Of a stretch of 64,000 bases of DNA, positions 31,739 through 41,027 are shown one piece after another (position 1 is the stretch's first letter; each line of letters starts with the position of its first letter). Under the pieces are notes generated by a model, which was not told the DNA's origin, did no database searches, and saw only the letters and a program-made list of their open reading frames with translations. The stretch is from the NCBI GenBank assembly GCA_900542635.1, contig UQOJ01000005.1:176-64175 (forward strand). Reading direction: 5' to 3'. The position numbers and the translations under genes are program-made. Source of the stretch: an uncultured Collinsella sp. GTDB taxonomy: Bacteria > Actinomycetota > Coriobacteriia > Coriobacteriales > Coriobacteriaceae.

Positions 31739-32004
31739 GTAGTCTCCTATCGAATCAGGAACACTTCTAGAGGGGAGTATAGCGCAGGCGGGGACGCCCA
31801 AATCGTGCGCTGTAGGAAAAGCAGAGGATTATGTTAACGTACTCATAACAGAGCTTGCGTACGCATAACCTGATCTTTGGTATTTGCTTACGAGCCGCCG
31901 ACCTTGCAGTTTCCTGCCGTTCGTGGAAATCGTTGGGACGCGCCATATGTACGCTAATATGTATGAGTTGAGCGACATATAAATAAGCATGTAACGGAGT
32001 ACAT

Positions 32005-33210
32005 ATGTCACCAAACAGCGATTCCATCCTTTCCCAGGAGCTCTCGCGCCGCACTGCCCTCAAGGCCCTGTTCGGCGCCGCTTCTGCGGCAGTTCTTTTT
32101 GGCCTGCCCGCTCGCGCCCATGCGGCGGAGGCTTCCAAAGAAACCACCGATAAACTGAATGCCGCCCAGGCCCAGCTCGATGAGGTTCAGGCCCAGCTCG
32201 ACAGCATCGCAAATGAGTATGCGGCTCTGGCCAACAAGAATGCCCAGACCCTCAACGACATCGAGAATGTCCAGGGCAAGATTGACGACACGCAGGCCCA
32301 GATCGATGAAAAGAAGGCCGAGCTCAAGAAGAAGCGCAACGACCTTTCCGATCGCGTGGCCGCCAGCTACAAGTCCGGCGGCACGAACATCCTGTCGCTG
32401 CTGCTGGCCTCTGGTTCGTTTGAGGAACTCGTCGCCAACGCGCATTACGTTGAGAAGATCAACAAGAGCGACCGCGATGCCATCGAGGATATCCAGACGA
32501 TTCAGGCTGAGCTCGACGCACAGAAGACCGAGCTCGAAGCACAAAAGGCCGACCTGGAGAAACTCAAGGACCAGCAGACGGCTCAGATGCAGGATATGCA
32601 GGCCAAGCAGCAAGAGGTCCAGACCGTGCTGAACGGTCTTTCCGACGACGTCAAGGAGCTCATGGCTCAGCGCGATTCCGAGATCCTCGCTGCCGCCCAG
32701 GCCGAGGAGGCTGCTAGGAAGGCTGCCGCTGCCGCGGCTGCCGCGAACAAGAACAATTCCTACTCGGGTGGTTCAAGCTCGGGTGGCGGATCGTATGCGC
32801 CCGGAACCCCGCAACAGAATGCCGGCTCGGGCAAACAGCAGGCCGTCGTCAACGCGTGCTACTCCACGCCTTCGCCGGGTCAGAACTGGTGCGCGGCGTG
32901 GGTTACCAATGTCTTCCGTAACGCCGGCGTTGGCTACTTTGGCGGTAACGCGTGCGATATGTTTAACGCATGGTGCTATAGCTCCGACCGCTCGGCGCTG
33001 CAGGTGGGCATGATCGTGGCCGACTCATCGCATAGCGGCACGGGTGCTCCGGGCCTTATCTACGGTCATGTGGGTATTTACGTTGGTGGCGGCATCGTTA
33101 TGAGCAACGAGGGTGCCATTACGTCTAAGTCGCTTGATTCGTTTATTAGCTTCTATGGCACTGGCTCTGGCGTGCGTTGGGGCTGGCTTGGCGGTATTGC
33201 GCTGTCGTAA
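32005..33210 (+). CDS. secreted coiled-coil protein with C-terminal Cys/His hydrolase-like (CHAP/NlpC-P60-like) domain (PcsB-like architecture)
   Basis: Tat-like signal SRRTALKALFGAASAAVLFGLPARAHA; ~200 aa of heptad-like Q/A/E/K-rich sequence. The C-terminus has NWCAAWV...YGHVGIYVGGG. The enzymatic assignment is inferred. Confidence 0.55.
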   Translation: MSPNSDSILSQELSRRTALKALFGAASAAVLFGLPARAHAAEASKETTDKLNAAQAQLDEVQAQLDSIANEYAALANKNAQTLNDIENVQGKIDDTQAQIDEKKAELKKKRNDLSDRVAASYKSGGTNILSLLLASGSFEELVANAHYVEKINKSDRDAIEDIQTIQAELDAQKTELEAQKADLEKLKDQQTAQMQDMQAKQQEVQTVLNGLSDDVKELMAQRDSEILAAAQAEEAARKAAAAAAAANKNNSYSGGSSSGGGSYAPGTPQQNAGSGKQQAVVNACYSTPSPGQNWCAAWVTNVFRNAGVGYFGGNACDMFNAWCYSSDRSALQVGMIVADSSHSGTGAPGLIYGHVGIYVGGGIVMSNEGAITSKSLDSFISFYGTGSGVRWGWLGGIALS

Positions 33211-33218
33211 AGCCGACG

Positions 33219-33354
33219 GGGCCGCGTGCCCGCCCGCAATATATTTGATTGCCTGCTCGGGCAGTCCTGCGCAAGACGAAGGCCACATTAAGTGGCCTTC
33301 TTTGCGTGCGGAACTCGCGATCAATCAAATATAATGCGGGCGGGCACGCGGCCC
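33219..33354. repeat. type A palindromic element, copy 3 (32-bp arms, 1 mismatch)
   Basis: Arms GGGCCGCGTGCCCGCCCGCAATATATTTGATT / AATCAAATATAATGCGGGCGGGCACGCGGCCC. A 59-nt core stretch is identical to copy 1. Starts 9 nt after the stop at 33210. Confidence 0.85.
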
Positions 33355-33406
33355 TCTCGGGTTCGGGGCGCGACACACCGGACTGGGTTATCTGAATGAA
33401 TATGGT

Positions 33407-33433
33407 GAAGGCCCCTTTCGGGGCCTTCTTTTT
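33407..33433 (+). terminator. intrinsic terminator downstream of type A copy 3
   Basis: GAAGGCCCC-TTTC-GGGGCCTTC followed by TTTTT; abuts the murB stop. Confidence 0.8.
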
Positions 33434-34439
33434 ATAAAAATTCGCCTACTCGGTGGACTTCGGGTTCTAGGTCTACGTCGAACTGCTCTTTGACTTTGGC
33501 TTGGATGTCGCGGATGAGTTCGTCAACGTCGGCGGCGGTGGCGTGGTTGGCGTTGACGATAAAACCGCAGTGCTTTTCGCTTACCTGCGCGCCGCCAACG
33601 GCGTGTCCTCGCAGGCCGGCATCCATGATGAGCTTGCCGGCAAAGTAGCCCTCGGGGCGCTTGAAGGTGGAGCCGGCACTCGGCATGTCGAGCGGCTGCT
33701 TGTCCTCGCGGCGCTGGCGGTAGTCGTCCATGTCGGCCTTGATCATCGCGGCGTTGCCCGGGGCGAGATTGAAGGTGGCCGAAAGCACGATAAAGCCGTC
33801 ATCGGCGATGCGGCTCTTTCGATAACCCAGGTTGAGCTCGTCGACATCGAACTCGATGATATTGCCGCTGCCGCGGGTGCCGTCGTCGAGCCGGCGAGCG
33901 GGTTTGTAGACGCGCACGGACTCCAGCACATCGGCCATGCAGGCACCGTAGGCACCGGCGTTCATGTAGCAGGCGCCGCCGACCGAACCGGGGATGCCCG
34001 AGATAGGCTCCATGCCGGTGAGACAGGCCTCGGCTGCCGCAGCGGAGACATCGGAAAGCAAGGCGCCGGCTGCCGCCGTGACGTGCGTGCCGTCGACCGT
34101 AATGTCGGAGAGTCCCTCGCCCAGCGCCACGATGACGCCGCGGATGCCCTTGTCGCCGACGAGCAGGTCGGAGCCGTTGCCCACGATGGTGAGGGGCAGA
34201 TCGCAGCGATAGCAGGTATCGAGCGTGGCGACGAGGCCCTGCTCGGTATCGGGCGTGACAAAGACGTCGGCCGGGCCGCCGATCTTAAACGTAGTGTGCT
34301 CGCGCATGGGCTCGCTCATCAGTACGTTGTCCTCGCCGGCAACGCCAGCAAGCGCGCACAGCAGGTCCTCGTTAAAAAAGTCGTTCTCGTGCATACGAAT
34401 ATCCGCCTTTTGGTGGTCGTTGTCATCAATCGATTGCAA
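33432..34439 (-). CDS. murB: UDP-N-acetylenolpyruvoylglucosamine reductase
   Basis: HTTFKIGGPADVFVTP, GNGSDLLV, GIPGSVGGA, SGSTFKRP-type motifs. An alternative start is the Met at 34394. Confidence 0.9.
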   Translation of the reverse strand: MQSIDDNDHQKADIRMHENDFFNEDLLCALAGVAGEDNVLMSEPMREHTTFKIGGPADVFVTPDTEQGLVATLDTCYRCDLPLTIVGNGSDLLVGDKGIRGVIVALGEGLSDITVDGTHVTAAAGALLSDVSAAAAEACLTGMEPISGIPGSVGGACYMNAGAYGACMADVLESVRVYKPARRLDDGTRGSGNIIEFDVDELNLGYRKSRIADDGFIVLSATFNLAPGNAAMIKADMDDYRQRREDKQPLDMPSAGSTFKRPEGYFAGKLIMDAGLRGHAVGGAQVSEKHCGFIVNANHATAADVDELIRDIQAKVKEQFDVDLEPEVHRVGEFL

Positions 34440-34577
34440 TATACCCCACCCGGACGGATTTGGTGCGCTGGCGGCGATAAAACAGCCGTCTACCGGATTG
34501 GTAAAGTGTTTATCACCGAGGTAGAGGGGTAGTCGCTATACTTTCAAGAGATTGCGCGTAAACCCGGAAGGAGCGAG

Positions 34578-35606
34578 ATGGCCAACAAAGTCACCCTCAA
34601 GCAGATCGCCCAGGAGGTGGGGCTTTCCCCCTCGTCGGTCTCGCTTGTGCTCAATAATCGGCCCTGTCGCATCTCGGAAGAAAACCGCAAGCTCATCAAA
34701 GAGGTCGCGGCGCGCAACCACTATGTTCCCAACCAGATCGCGCGCAGCCTGGTCATGCGCGAGTCGCGCACCCTGGGCCTTATCGTCCCTAACATCGAGA
34801 GCCGCTTTTTTGCCTCGCTCGCCGGTAGCCTGGAAAAGCGCTGCCGCGAGGACGGCTATGCGCTCTTCATTACCAGCTCGGGCGGAAGCGCCGATGACGA
34901 TCTGGAGCTGCTGCGCCAGCTGGTGACGCGCGGCGTTGATGGCGTCTTCCTGGTCGTAGGCGACGAGTTCTCCGACGACCGCGCCCTGCGCGAAGAAGTC
35001 AGCCATCTGCCTATCCCTGCCGTGATGGTCGACCGTGCCATTGAGGGGCTCGAGTGCGACAAGGTGATGTTCGACCACGAGATGGGTGGCTACATGGCCA
35101 CCCGCTATCTGGTCGAGCGGGGCCATCGTCGCATTGCTTGCTTGGTTAACGCGCGCCGTTCCAATACGGGGCGTAAGCGACTTGCCGGCTATGAGCGCGC
35201 GCTGCGCGAGGTTGGCCTGCCTATCGACGCACGTTTGGAGTTTGAGAGTGAGTACTACATTCCGAGCGCATACGAGGCTTCGGAGGCGGTGCTCGCAACC
35301 GACGCCACCGCCGTGTTCGCAAGTTCGGACAACATTGCCCTCGGTTTGCTCAAGCGCTTGCACGAGATGGGGAAGAGCATCCCGGGCGATATCTCGGTGG
35401 TGAGCTATGACAACTCGGCGGCCGACGTTCTCTTTGAGCCGGCGCTGACCGCCATTGAGCAGGATCCTGGTGTCCTCGCGGAGCATGCTTTTGGCTGCAT
35501 GTCCAAGCGTCTTGCCGGTAGGGGCGGTAGGCGTGCCGAAGAGGTCGTTCTGGAGCCGGCGCTTATCGTAAAGGGCAGCGTGCTCGAACTTACTAAACAC
35601 AACTAA
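34578..35606 (+). CDS. LacI-family transcriptional regulator
   Basis: N-terminal HTH VTLKQIAQEVGLSPSSVSLVLNN plus a periplasmic-binding-protein-like core. Confidence 0.88.
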   Translation: MANKVTLKQIAQEVGLSPSSVSLVLNNRPCRISEENRKLIKEVAARNHYVPNQIARSLVMRESRTLGLIVPNIESRFFASLAGSLEKRCREDGYALFITSSGGSADDDLELLRQLVTRGVDGVFLVVGDEFSDDRALREEVSHLPIPAVMVDRAIEGLECDKVMFDHEMGGYMATRYLVERGHRRIACLVNARRSNTGRKRLAGYERALREVGLPIDARLEFESEYYIPSAYEASEAVLATDATAVFASSDNIALGLLKRLHEMGKSIPGDISVVSYDNSAADVLFEPALTAIEQDPGVLAEHAFGCMSKRLAGRGGRRAEEVVLEPALIVKGSVLELTKHN

Positions 35607-35705
35607 ACACGTTTACCAATTTGCAGAGACCGAATGTGGAGCACCTGTGACAGACAGTGCCGCAGGTGAATGTCGCGTTTTGCTAATCCATATTGCAAAT
35701 CAGGA

Positions 35706-35744
35706 TGATAAAACGTTTTTTCACCACGATAAAACGTTTTAGCA
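35706..35744. promoter_or_regulatory. two candidate LacI-type operators in the xfp promoter
   Basis: TGATAAAACGTTTTTTCA and CGATAAAACGTTTTAGCA, each centred on the palindrome AAAACGTTTT (CG-centred, as in LacI/CcpA-type sites). A TATACT -10-like hexamer follows at 35747. Confidence 0.5.
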
Positions 35745-35810
35745 AATATACTAGTCCCAACGAAAGGTTGCCGTATCGGAGGGTGACCGCGCAGCGAAGG
35801 GACATAAACA

Positions 35811-38339
35811 ATGGCTAAAACACTGGGTACGCCGTGGCAAAAACTGGGACATGAGGTTCCGGCTTCCGAGCTCGAGGGCGTCGACCTGTATTGGCGCGCA
35901 TCGAACTATCTGTCCGTCGGTCAGATCTACCTTCGCTCCAACCCGCTGATGCGCGCTGACTTTGTCGACGAGAAGACCGGCGAGGTGCGCGACTTTGGTC
36001 GTCCGGACGTTAAGCATCGCCTGGTTGGTCACTGGGGCACCACGCCTGGCATCAACTTCCTGTTCGGACACGTCAACCGTCTCATCGCCGACCACAACCA
36101 GAACGCCATTTTCTTGATGGGCCCGGGCCACGGTGGCCCTGCCGGCACCGCCCAGTCGCTGCTCGATGGCACCTACCGCGAGATCCGCCCCGACATCACC
36201 AATGACGAGGCCGGCCTGCAGAAGTTCTTCCGTCAGTTCTCCTACCCCGGCGGCATTCCGAGCCACTTTGCGCCCGAGACGCCCGGCTCCATCCATGAGG
36301 GCGGCGAGCTCGGCTACACGCTCAGCCACGCCTACGGTGCCGTCATGGACAACCCGAGCCTGCTGGCCGTGGCCGTGGTGGGCGACGGCGAGTCCGAGAC
36401 CGGTCCGCTCGCGACTTCTTGGCAGTCAAACAAGCTCGTGAACCCGGCAACCGACGGTATCGTCCTGCCGATCCTGCACCTCAACGGCTACAAGATCGCC
36501 AACCCCACCATCCTTGCCCGCGTTTCCGATGAGGAGCTCACCAAGTTCTTTGAGGGTATGGGCTATAAGCCGCACTTCTTTGTCGCCGGCTTTGACGACG
36601 AGAGCCACGCAAGCATCCACGAGCGCTTTGCCGCCCTGTTTGAGCAGGTCTTTGACGAGATTTGCGACATCAAGGCCGCCGCGCAGGCCCAGGCCGCCGC
36701 GGGCGAGACCGTGGTTCGCCCGGCCTACCCCATGATCGTGTTCCGCACGCCCAAGGGTTGGACCTGCCCCAAGCAGATCGACGGCAAGAAGACCGAGGAC
36801 TCCTGGCGCGCCCATCAGGTGCCGCTGGCGAGCGCCAAGGACACCCACGAGCACTTCCGCGTGCTGCGCGAGTGGCTGCGTTCCTACAAGCCCGAGGAGC
36901 TCTTTACGCCCGAGGGCCAGGTGCGCCCCGAGGTGACGGCCTTTATGCCGACCGGCGAGCTGCGCATCGGCGCCAACCCCAACGCAAACGGCGGCAAGGT
37001 TCGTCGCGAGCTCGAGCTGCCCGATATTCACGCCCACGAGATTCCCGTTGCCGAAAAGGGTCACGGCTGGGGCTCCACCGAGGCCGCCCGCGTCTTTGGC
37101 GAGTACACTGCCGACGTTCTGGCTAAGAACATGGACGATTTCCGCATCTTCGGTCCCGACGAGACCGCGTCCAACCGTCTGCAGGCTGCCTACAAGGTGA
37201 CCAAGAAGCAGTGGGACGCCGGCTTCTACGAGGACGAGGCCAACGACGAGCTGCTCGCCGGTTCCGGCAAGGTTGTCGAGCAGCTGTCCGAGCATCAGTG
37301 CGAGGGCTTCCTCGAGGCCTACGTGCTCACCGGCCGCTCCGGCGTGTGGAGCTCTTATGAGAGTTTTGTCCATGTGGTCGACTCCATGGTCAACCAGCAC
37401 TGCAAGTGGCTCGAGGCTACCAAGCGCGAGATTCCGTGGCGTGCCCCCATCAGCGGTCTCAACATTTTGCTGTCGAGCCATGTCTGGCGTCAGGACCACA
37501 ACGGCTTCTCTCATCAGGATCCCGGCTTTATCGACCTGCTGCTCAACAAGGCCAATGAAACGCACATCGTGAACGCCTACTATCCGGCCGACGCCAACAT
37601 GGCTCTCGCCGTGGCCGAGCGCGTCTACCAGTCCACCGACTGCGTCAACGCCATCTTCTGTGGCAAGCAGCCCGCCCCGACCTTCCAGACGGTCGACGAG
37701 GCCAAGGCAGAGCTCGCCGAGGGTGTTGCGACCTGGGAGTGGGCATCGACCGCCAGCTCGCTCGCCGAGGCCGACGTCGTGGTCGCCACGTGCGGCGACG
37801 TGCCGACGCTCGAGGCCCTGGCTGCAACCGACATGCTGCGCGAGCTGGGCATCAAGGTGTGGTTCGTCAACGTGGTCGATCTGCTCAAGATTCAGAACGT
37901 CTGCGAGAACGACCAGGCCATCAGCGATGAGCGCTGGGCTGAGCTGTTTGGCCGCGGCGAGAAGCCCGTGCTCTTTGCATTCCACGCCTACGCCGGCACG
38001 ATTCGCCGTCTGATCTGGAACCGCCCCGGCCACGATGCCTTCCGCGTCCACGGCTACGAGGAGAAGGGCTCCACGACCACGCCGTTCGACATGCTGCGCC
38101 TGAATAACATGGACCGCTGGGCCCTGGCCGCCGACGTGTTGCGCATGGTCGACGCCGATAAGTTTGCCGAGCAGATTGATGAGTGGGAGGCCTTCCGCAC
38201 CGAGGCCTTTGAGTTCGCGTGCGACGAGGGCTTCGATCACCCGGCCTTTACCGACTGGGTCTGGCCCGACGCCGCAGCCGCGACTGCTGCCGACGGCGCG
38301 CTTTCCGCAACGCAGCTAACTGCCGGCGACAACGAGTAG
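35811..38339 (+). CDS. xfp: xylulose-5-phosphate/fructose-6-phosphate phosphoketolase
   Basis: [35 protein letters not shown]; 842 aa. Confidence 0.93.
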   Translation: MAKTLGTPWQKLGHEVPASELEGVDLYWRASNYLSVGQIYLRSNPLMRADFVDEKTGEVRDFGRPDVKHRLVGHWGTTPGINFLFGHVNRLIADHNQNAIFLMGPGHGGPAGTAQSLLDGTYREIRPDITNDEAGLQKFFRQFSYPGGIPSHFAPETPGSIHEGGELGYTLSHAYGAVMDNPSLLAVAVVGDGESETGPLATSWQSNKLVNPATDGIVLPILHLNGYKIANPTILARVSDEELTKFFEGMGYKPHFFVAGFDDESHASIHERFAALFEQVFDEICDIKAAAQAQAAAGETVVRPAYPMIVFRTPKGWTCPKQIDGKKTEDSWRAHQVPLASAKDTHEHFRVLREWLRSYKPEELFTPEGQVRPEVTAFMPTGELRIGANPNANGGKVRRELELPDIHAHEIPVAEKGHGWGSTEAARVFGEYTADVLAKNMDDFRIFGPDETASNRLQAAYKVTKKQWDAGFYEDEANDELLAGSGKVVEQLSEHQCEGFLEAYVLTGRSGVWSSYESFVHVVDSMVNQHCKWLEATKREIPWRAPISGLNILLSSHVWRQDHNGFSHQDPGFIDLLLNKANETHIVNAYYPADANMALAVAERVYQSTDCVNAIFCGKQPAPTFQTVDEAKAELAEGVATWEWASTASSLAEADVVVATCGDVPTLEALAATDMLRELGIKVWFVNVVDLLKIQNVCENDQAISDERWAELFGRGEKPVLFAFHAYAGTIRRLIWNRPGHDAFRVHGYEEKGSTTTPFDMLRLNNMDRWALAADVLRMVDADKFAEQIDEWEAFRTEAFEFACDEGFDHPAFTDWVWPDAAAATAADGALSATQLTAGDNE

Positions 38340-38366
38340 GTAGGCATCCGGGACGGTCTCGCGCTG

Positions 38367-38451
38367 GGGCCTGCTCCGGGCGGGTTGCCTTGCTCCGGGA
38401 AGTGGGCTTCGCGAACTTCCCAGAGCAAGGCAACCCGCCCGGAGCAGGCCC
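38367..38451. repeat. type B long hairpin, copy 1
   Basis: ~36-bp arms (1 mismatch), GGCCTGCTCCGGGCGGGTTGCCTTGCTCCGGGAAGT / ACTTCCCAGAGCAAGGCAACCCGCCCGGAGCAGGCC. Loop GGGCTTCGCGA. Confidence 0.85.
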
Positions 38452-38563
38452 TCTCGACCGTTTCGATATGCGGGGGCTGATTCTTTTTTATGTAATGGGG
38501 ACCTTGCTTACGCTGCTCTGGAAGCCGTGCATCTAACTATGGTCAGCCAAGATTACATTGCCG

Positions 38564-38638
38564 GGGCCGGGGAGGCATGCTTTGTTTTGAGAAGTTCGCG
38601 GAGCCCACTTCTCAAAACAAAGCATGCCTCCCCGGCCC
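38564..38638. repeat. type B long hairpin, copy 2 (loop inverted relative to copy 1)
   Basis: 32-bp perfect arms GGGCCGGGGAGGCATGCTTTGTTTTGAGAAGT / ACTTCTCAAAACAAAGCATGCCTCCCCGGCCC. Loop TCGCGGAGCCC is the reverse complement of GGGCTCCGCGA. Confidence 0.85.
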
Positions 38639-38759
38639 TCGTCCGTGAACTTTTCCGCTGGGCGAGTCATAGACGCCGTGCGCCGATAGGGTAAGGCGGC
38701 GGCTTGAAATTGGTGCTATATTCGGCTTGAGTTGTTTAATGCTAGTACGGGAGGCTGAT

Positions 38760-39251
38760 ATGGGGCTGTTCAAGAAGAAAAACCCGCAGGATGCCTTTGA
38801 TCCCGATGTGTTTACCATCACGGATACGATTTTGGACCCACCGCGGTTTACGTTTTTGCCGGCTATCTACCAGGATGCCACGCGCCGCAAGTGGGCCGTG
38901 CATCAGCGCGGCGGCGAGCCGAAGATTTTTGACTATGCGGACGTGCTGCAGTGCGAGATTGTCGAGACCGGAAATCCCGAGGATGTGCCGGAGGTTAGCA
39001 AGCGCGAACTAGCTCAGCAGATTTTGATTAATCCAGCTCAGGCTACCAAAAACAACGCTGCCAAGCGTAATATGTGCCTTGGTATGGGTGTCATCGTTGT
39101 CGTGCAAACCGGCAAGGATGAGATTTCGAAGCTTGAGATTCCGGTGACCGCGGGCGAAGTCAAGCGAGACTCCGGCCTATATCGGTCGTATCGGAACGTT
39201 GCGGAGCAGATCAAAGAAGCCTTCGACGCCATGGGGCGTCCGGAGCAATGA
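38760..39251 (+). CDS. hypothetical protein
   Basis: ORF with SD GGGAGG before the ATG at 38760; no family recognised. Confidence 0.5.
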   Translation: MGLFKKKNPQDAFDPDVFTITDTILDPPRFTFLPAIYQDATRRKWAVHQRGGEPKIFDYADVLQCEIVETGNPEDVPEVSKRELAQQILINPAQATKNNAAKRNMCLGMGVIVVVQTGKDEISKLEIPVTAGEVKRDSGLYRSYRNVAEQIKEAFDAMGRPEQ

Positions 39252-39286
39252 TTCCTGCAGCATCAAGCGGTTGAGGAGTCTTGCCC

Positions 39287-40054
39287 ATGTCGAGTGAACC
39301 ATATGCGATTCCGCCCAAAGATCGCGCCTTTGAGGGCATTCTTTGGTATATCAAACATTATGACCTGCAGAGTGGCGACCGGCTGTCCGCCGAGCGTGTG
39401 CTCTGTGAAGAGCTGGGCGTGTCGCGCACGGCGTTGCGTGCTGCGATCACGCGCCTTATTTCGTGCGGAACTTTGGAAAGCCGCCGCGGTTCGGGCACCT
39501 ATGTGTGTCCTCCCAAACCGCTGAACATCTTTCAGGAAACATGGAACTATACGCAGGCGGTGGAGAGGGTTGGCTCAAAGTCGACCGCACGCCTGGTTTG
39601 GTCCAAGGTCGTGTATGCCGATATCGATCTGGCCCAAAAAGCCCAGATTGACCTGGGCATGCCGCTCTTCTGCATTCGGCGCGTGCGTGTGGTCAACGGT
39701 TCTCCGGCATCGATCGAGACGGCTTACGTCAATCTGTCTTTGTGCCCCTCGCTTCCCGATCATGATTTTGAGCAGGAGAGCCTCTACGACGTTTTGCTCA
39801 AAGAGGGGAATGTCCATGTGGCGCACGGCAAGGAGCATATTTCCATCAGCCGTCTGAACGCCGACGAGGCCAAGTTACTGGGCGCTCAGGAGGGCACGCC
39901 GGTGTTTTACAAGGCTTCGCACGAGCGCGACGAGACCGATGGCTTTGTCGAGTATTGCAAGTCCGTGATTCTGCCGACCAAGTATCGTTTTGCCGATAAC
40001 GGCGAGGCAGACGGCGTTGCGACGAAGGTGGGTGTCGAATGGCTGATGCAGTAG
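39287..40054 (+). CDS. GntR/HutC-family transcriptional regulator (FrlR-like), first of two
   Basis: wHTH LSAERVLCEELGVSRTALRAAI plus a UTRA-like C-terminus. Confidence 0.82.
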   Translation: MSSEPYAIPPKDRAFEGILWYIKHYDLQSGDRLSAERVLCEELGVSRTALRAAITRLISCGTLESRRGSGTYVCPPKPLNIFQETWNYTQAVERVGSKSTARLVWSKVVYADIDLAQKAQIDLGMPLFCIRRVRVVNGSPASIETAYVNLSLCPSLPDHDFEQESLYDVLLKEGNVHVAHGKEHISISRLNADEAKLLGAQEGTPVFYKASHERDETDGFVEYCKSVILPTKYRFADNGEADGVATKVGVEWLMQ

Positions 40055-40752
40055 AAGACTTGCCGGTTTACAAGCAAATTCGCCGCTGCATTGCGGAGCG
40101 AATCGAGCGCGGCGACTACCCGACGGGCTCGATGATTCCGTCCGAAAACGAGCTGGCCGAGGAGTTTGGCACGACGCGCCTGACAATCCGAAGCGCCATG
40201 GACGAGCTGGTCAAAAGTGGCCAGATTCGTCGCGTGCAGGGCAAAGGCGCCTTTGTGGGACACAAGTGGTTTGACGAGCACGAACGCAAGGGCGGCTTCC
40301 GTCAGTCGGTTCTGGCGTCGGGCGCGACGCCGTCGGTGCGCATCCTGGCGCGCTCCAAACGCTACGCCGGCCCGTATTACGCCGACCTGTTTGGCATCGC
40401 CGAGGACGATCTGCTTTACTCGGTGCGCCGTCTCAACTGCATTGATGGTGAGCCCGTATCGATCGAGATGACGCTGATTCCGTGTCCGCTGTTTCCGGGC
40501 ATCGAAGACGTGGACATTTCGGTCTTCAGCCTGTTTGAGACCTATGACATGTTGGGGCGCAAGCCGGACAAGTCGATTGAGAAACTCGATATTGAAGCGC
40601 TGGGCGCACGCGATGCGAGTTTGCTCAATCTTGAGCCGGGCGATCTGGCGCTCGTACTGGAATGCCTGACCTATGACTCGAGTGGGCAGGCGATTGAGCA
40701 TGCCAAGTCTTTTAACCGCGGCGATGCCGGCGGATATACCTACAACTACTAG
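40039..40752 (+). CDS. GntR/HutC-family transcriptional regulator (FrlR-like), second of two
   Basis: wHTH IPSENELAEEFGTTRLTIRSAM plus UTRA. Overlaps the upstream regulator gene by 16 nt. Confidence 0.85.
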   Translation: MADAVEDLPVYKQIRRCIAERIERGDYPTGSMIPSENELAEEFGTTRLTIRSAMDELVKSGQIRRVQGKGAFVGHKWFDEHERKGGFRQSVLASGATPSVRILARSKRYAGPYYADLFGIAEDDLLYSVRRLNCIDGEPVSIEMTLIPCPLFPGIEDVDISVFSLFETYDMLGRKPDKSIEKLDIEALGARDASLLNLEPGDLALVLECLTYDSSGQAIEHAKSFNRGDAGGYTYNY

Positions 40753-40758
40753 CGTCTA

Positions 40759-40793
40759 GAGCGTCCCTGCGCACGGCGGGGGCGCTCGTTTTT
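40759..40793 (+). terminator. intrinsic terminator after the regulator pair
   Basis: GAGCGTCCC-10 nt-GGGGCGCTC followed by GTTTTT. Confidence 0.7.
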
Positions 40794-40869
40794 ACGGATA
40801 TATGTCGCTTGACCGATGAGCGGCAAAAACTGACCGTCTACCGAGAGGGGAGGACGAAATCAAAAAATC

Positions 40870-40912
40870 GGTATTAAAAACGGCTAACCTGTAATCGTTC
40901 ACTGGTATTAAG
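40870..40912. promoter_or_regulatory. GGTATTAA repeat motifs upstream of SIS copy 1 (candidate operator)
   Basis: CGGTATTAAAAA and CTGGTATTAAGA, 32 nt apart. Related motifs occur at 43184-43226 and 46084-46128. Confidence 0.45.
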
Positions 40913-41027
40913 AACCTTTGAATTGTTGAGCTTGGGGCCAAGATGTCCACAAGGTTAAGCGGTGCGACGGGGCGGCAAGCCCGTCCATTCCGTGCGACAA
41001 TTCAAACTGCTCGTGAAAGGAGCGGGA

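Noticed and set aside
31739-32004. c-di-AMP (ydaO-type) riboswitch upstream of the secreted hydrolase-like gene
   Set aside because: Fragments such as GCGGGGACGCCCAAATCG and GAAATCGTTGGGACGCGCCA are reminiscent. However, I could not find the conserved 3-prime block (…CCGA…AGCTAACCTCGTAAGCG-like) or the pseudo-symmetric helices. A covariance-model scan would be needed, so it is not reported as a feature.
36426-38240. 604-aa minus-strand ORF. The same reasoning applies to 28954-30423(+), 30587-31837(+), 18019-19173(+), 8019-9068(-), 21704-23143(-) and 24945-26141(-).
   Set aside because: Each is antisense to a gene with strong motif support (xfp, malQ, galE, the PTS fusion, tsaB, the binding protein and the ABC ATPase respectively). 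All are shadow ORFs.
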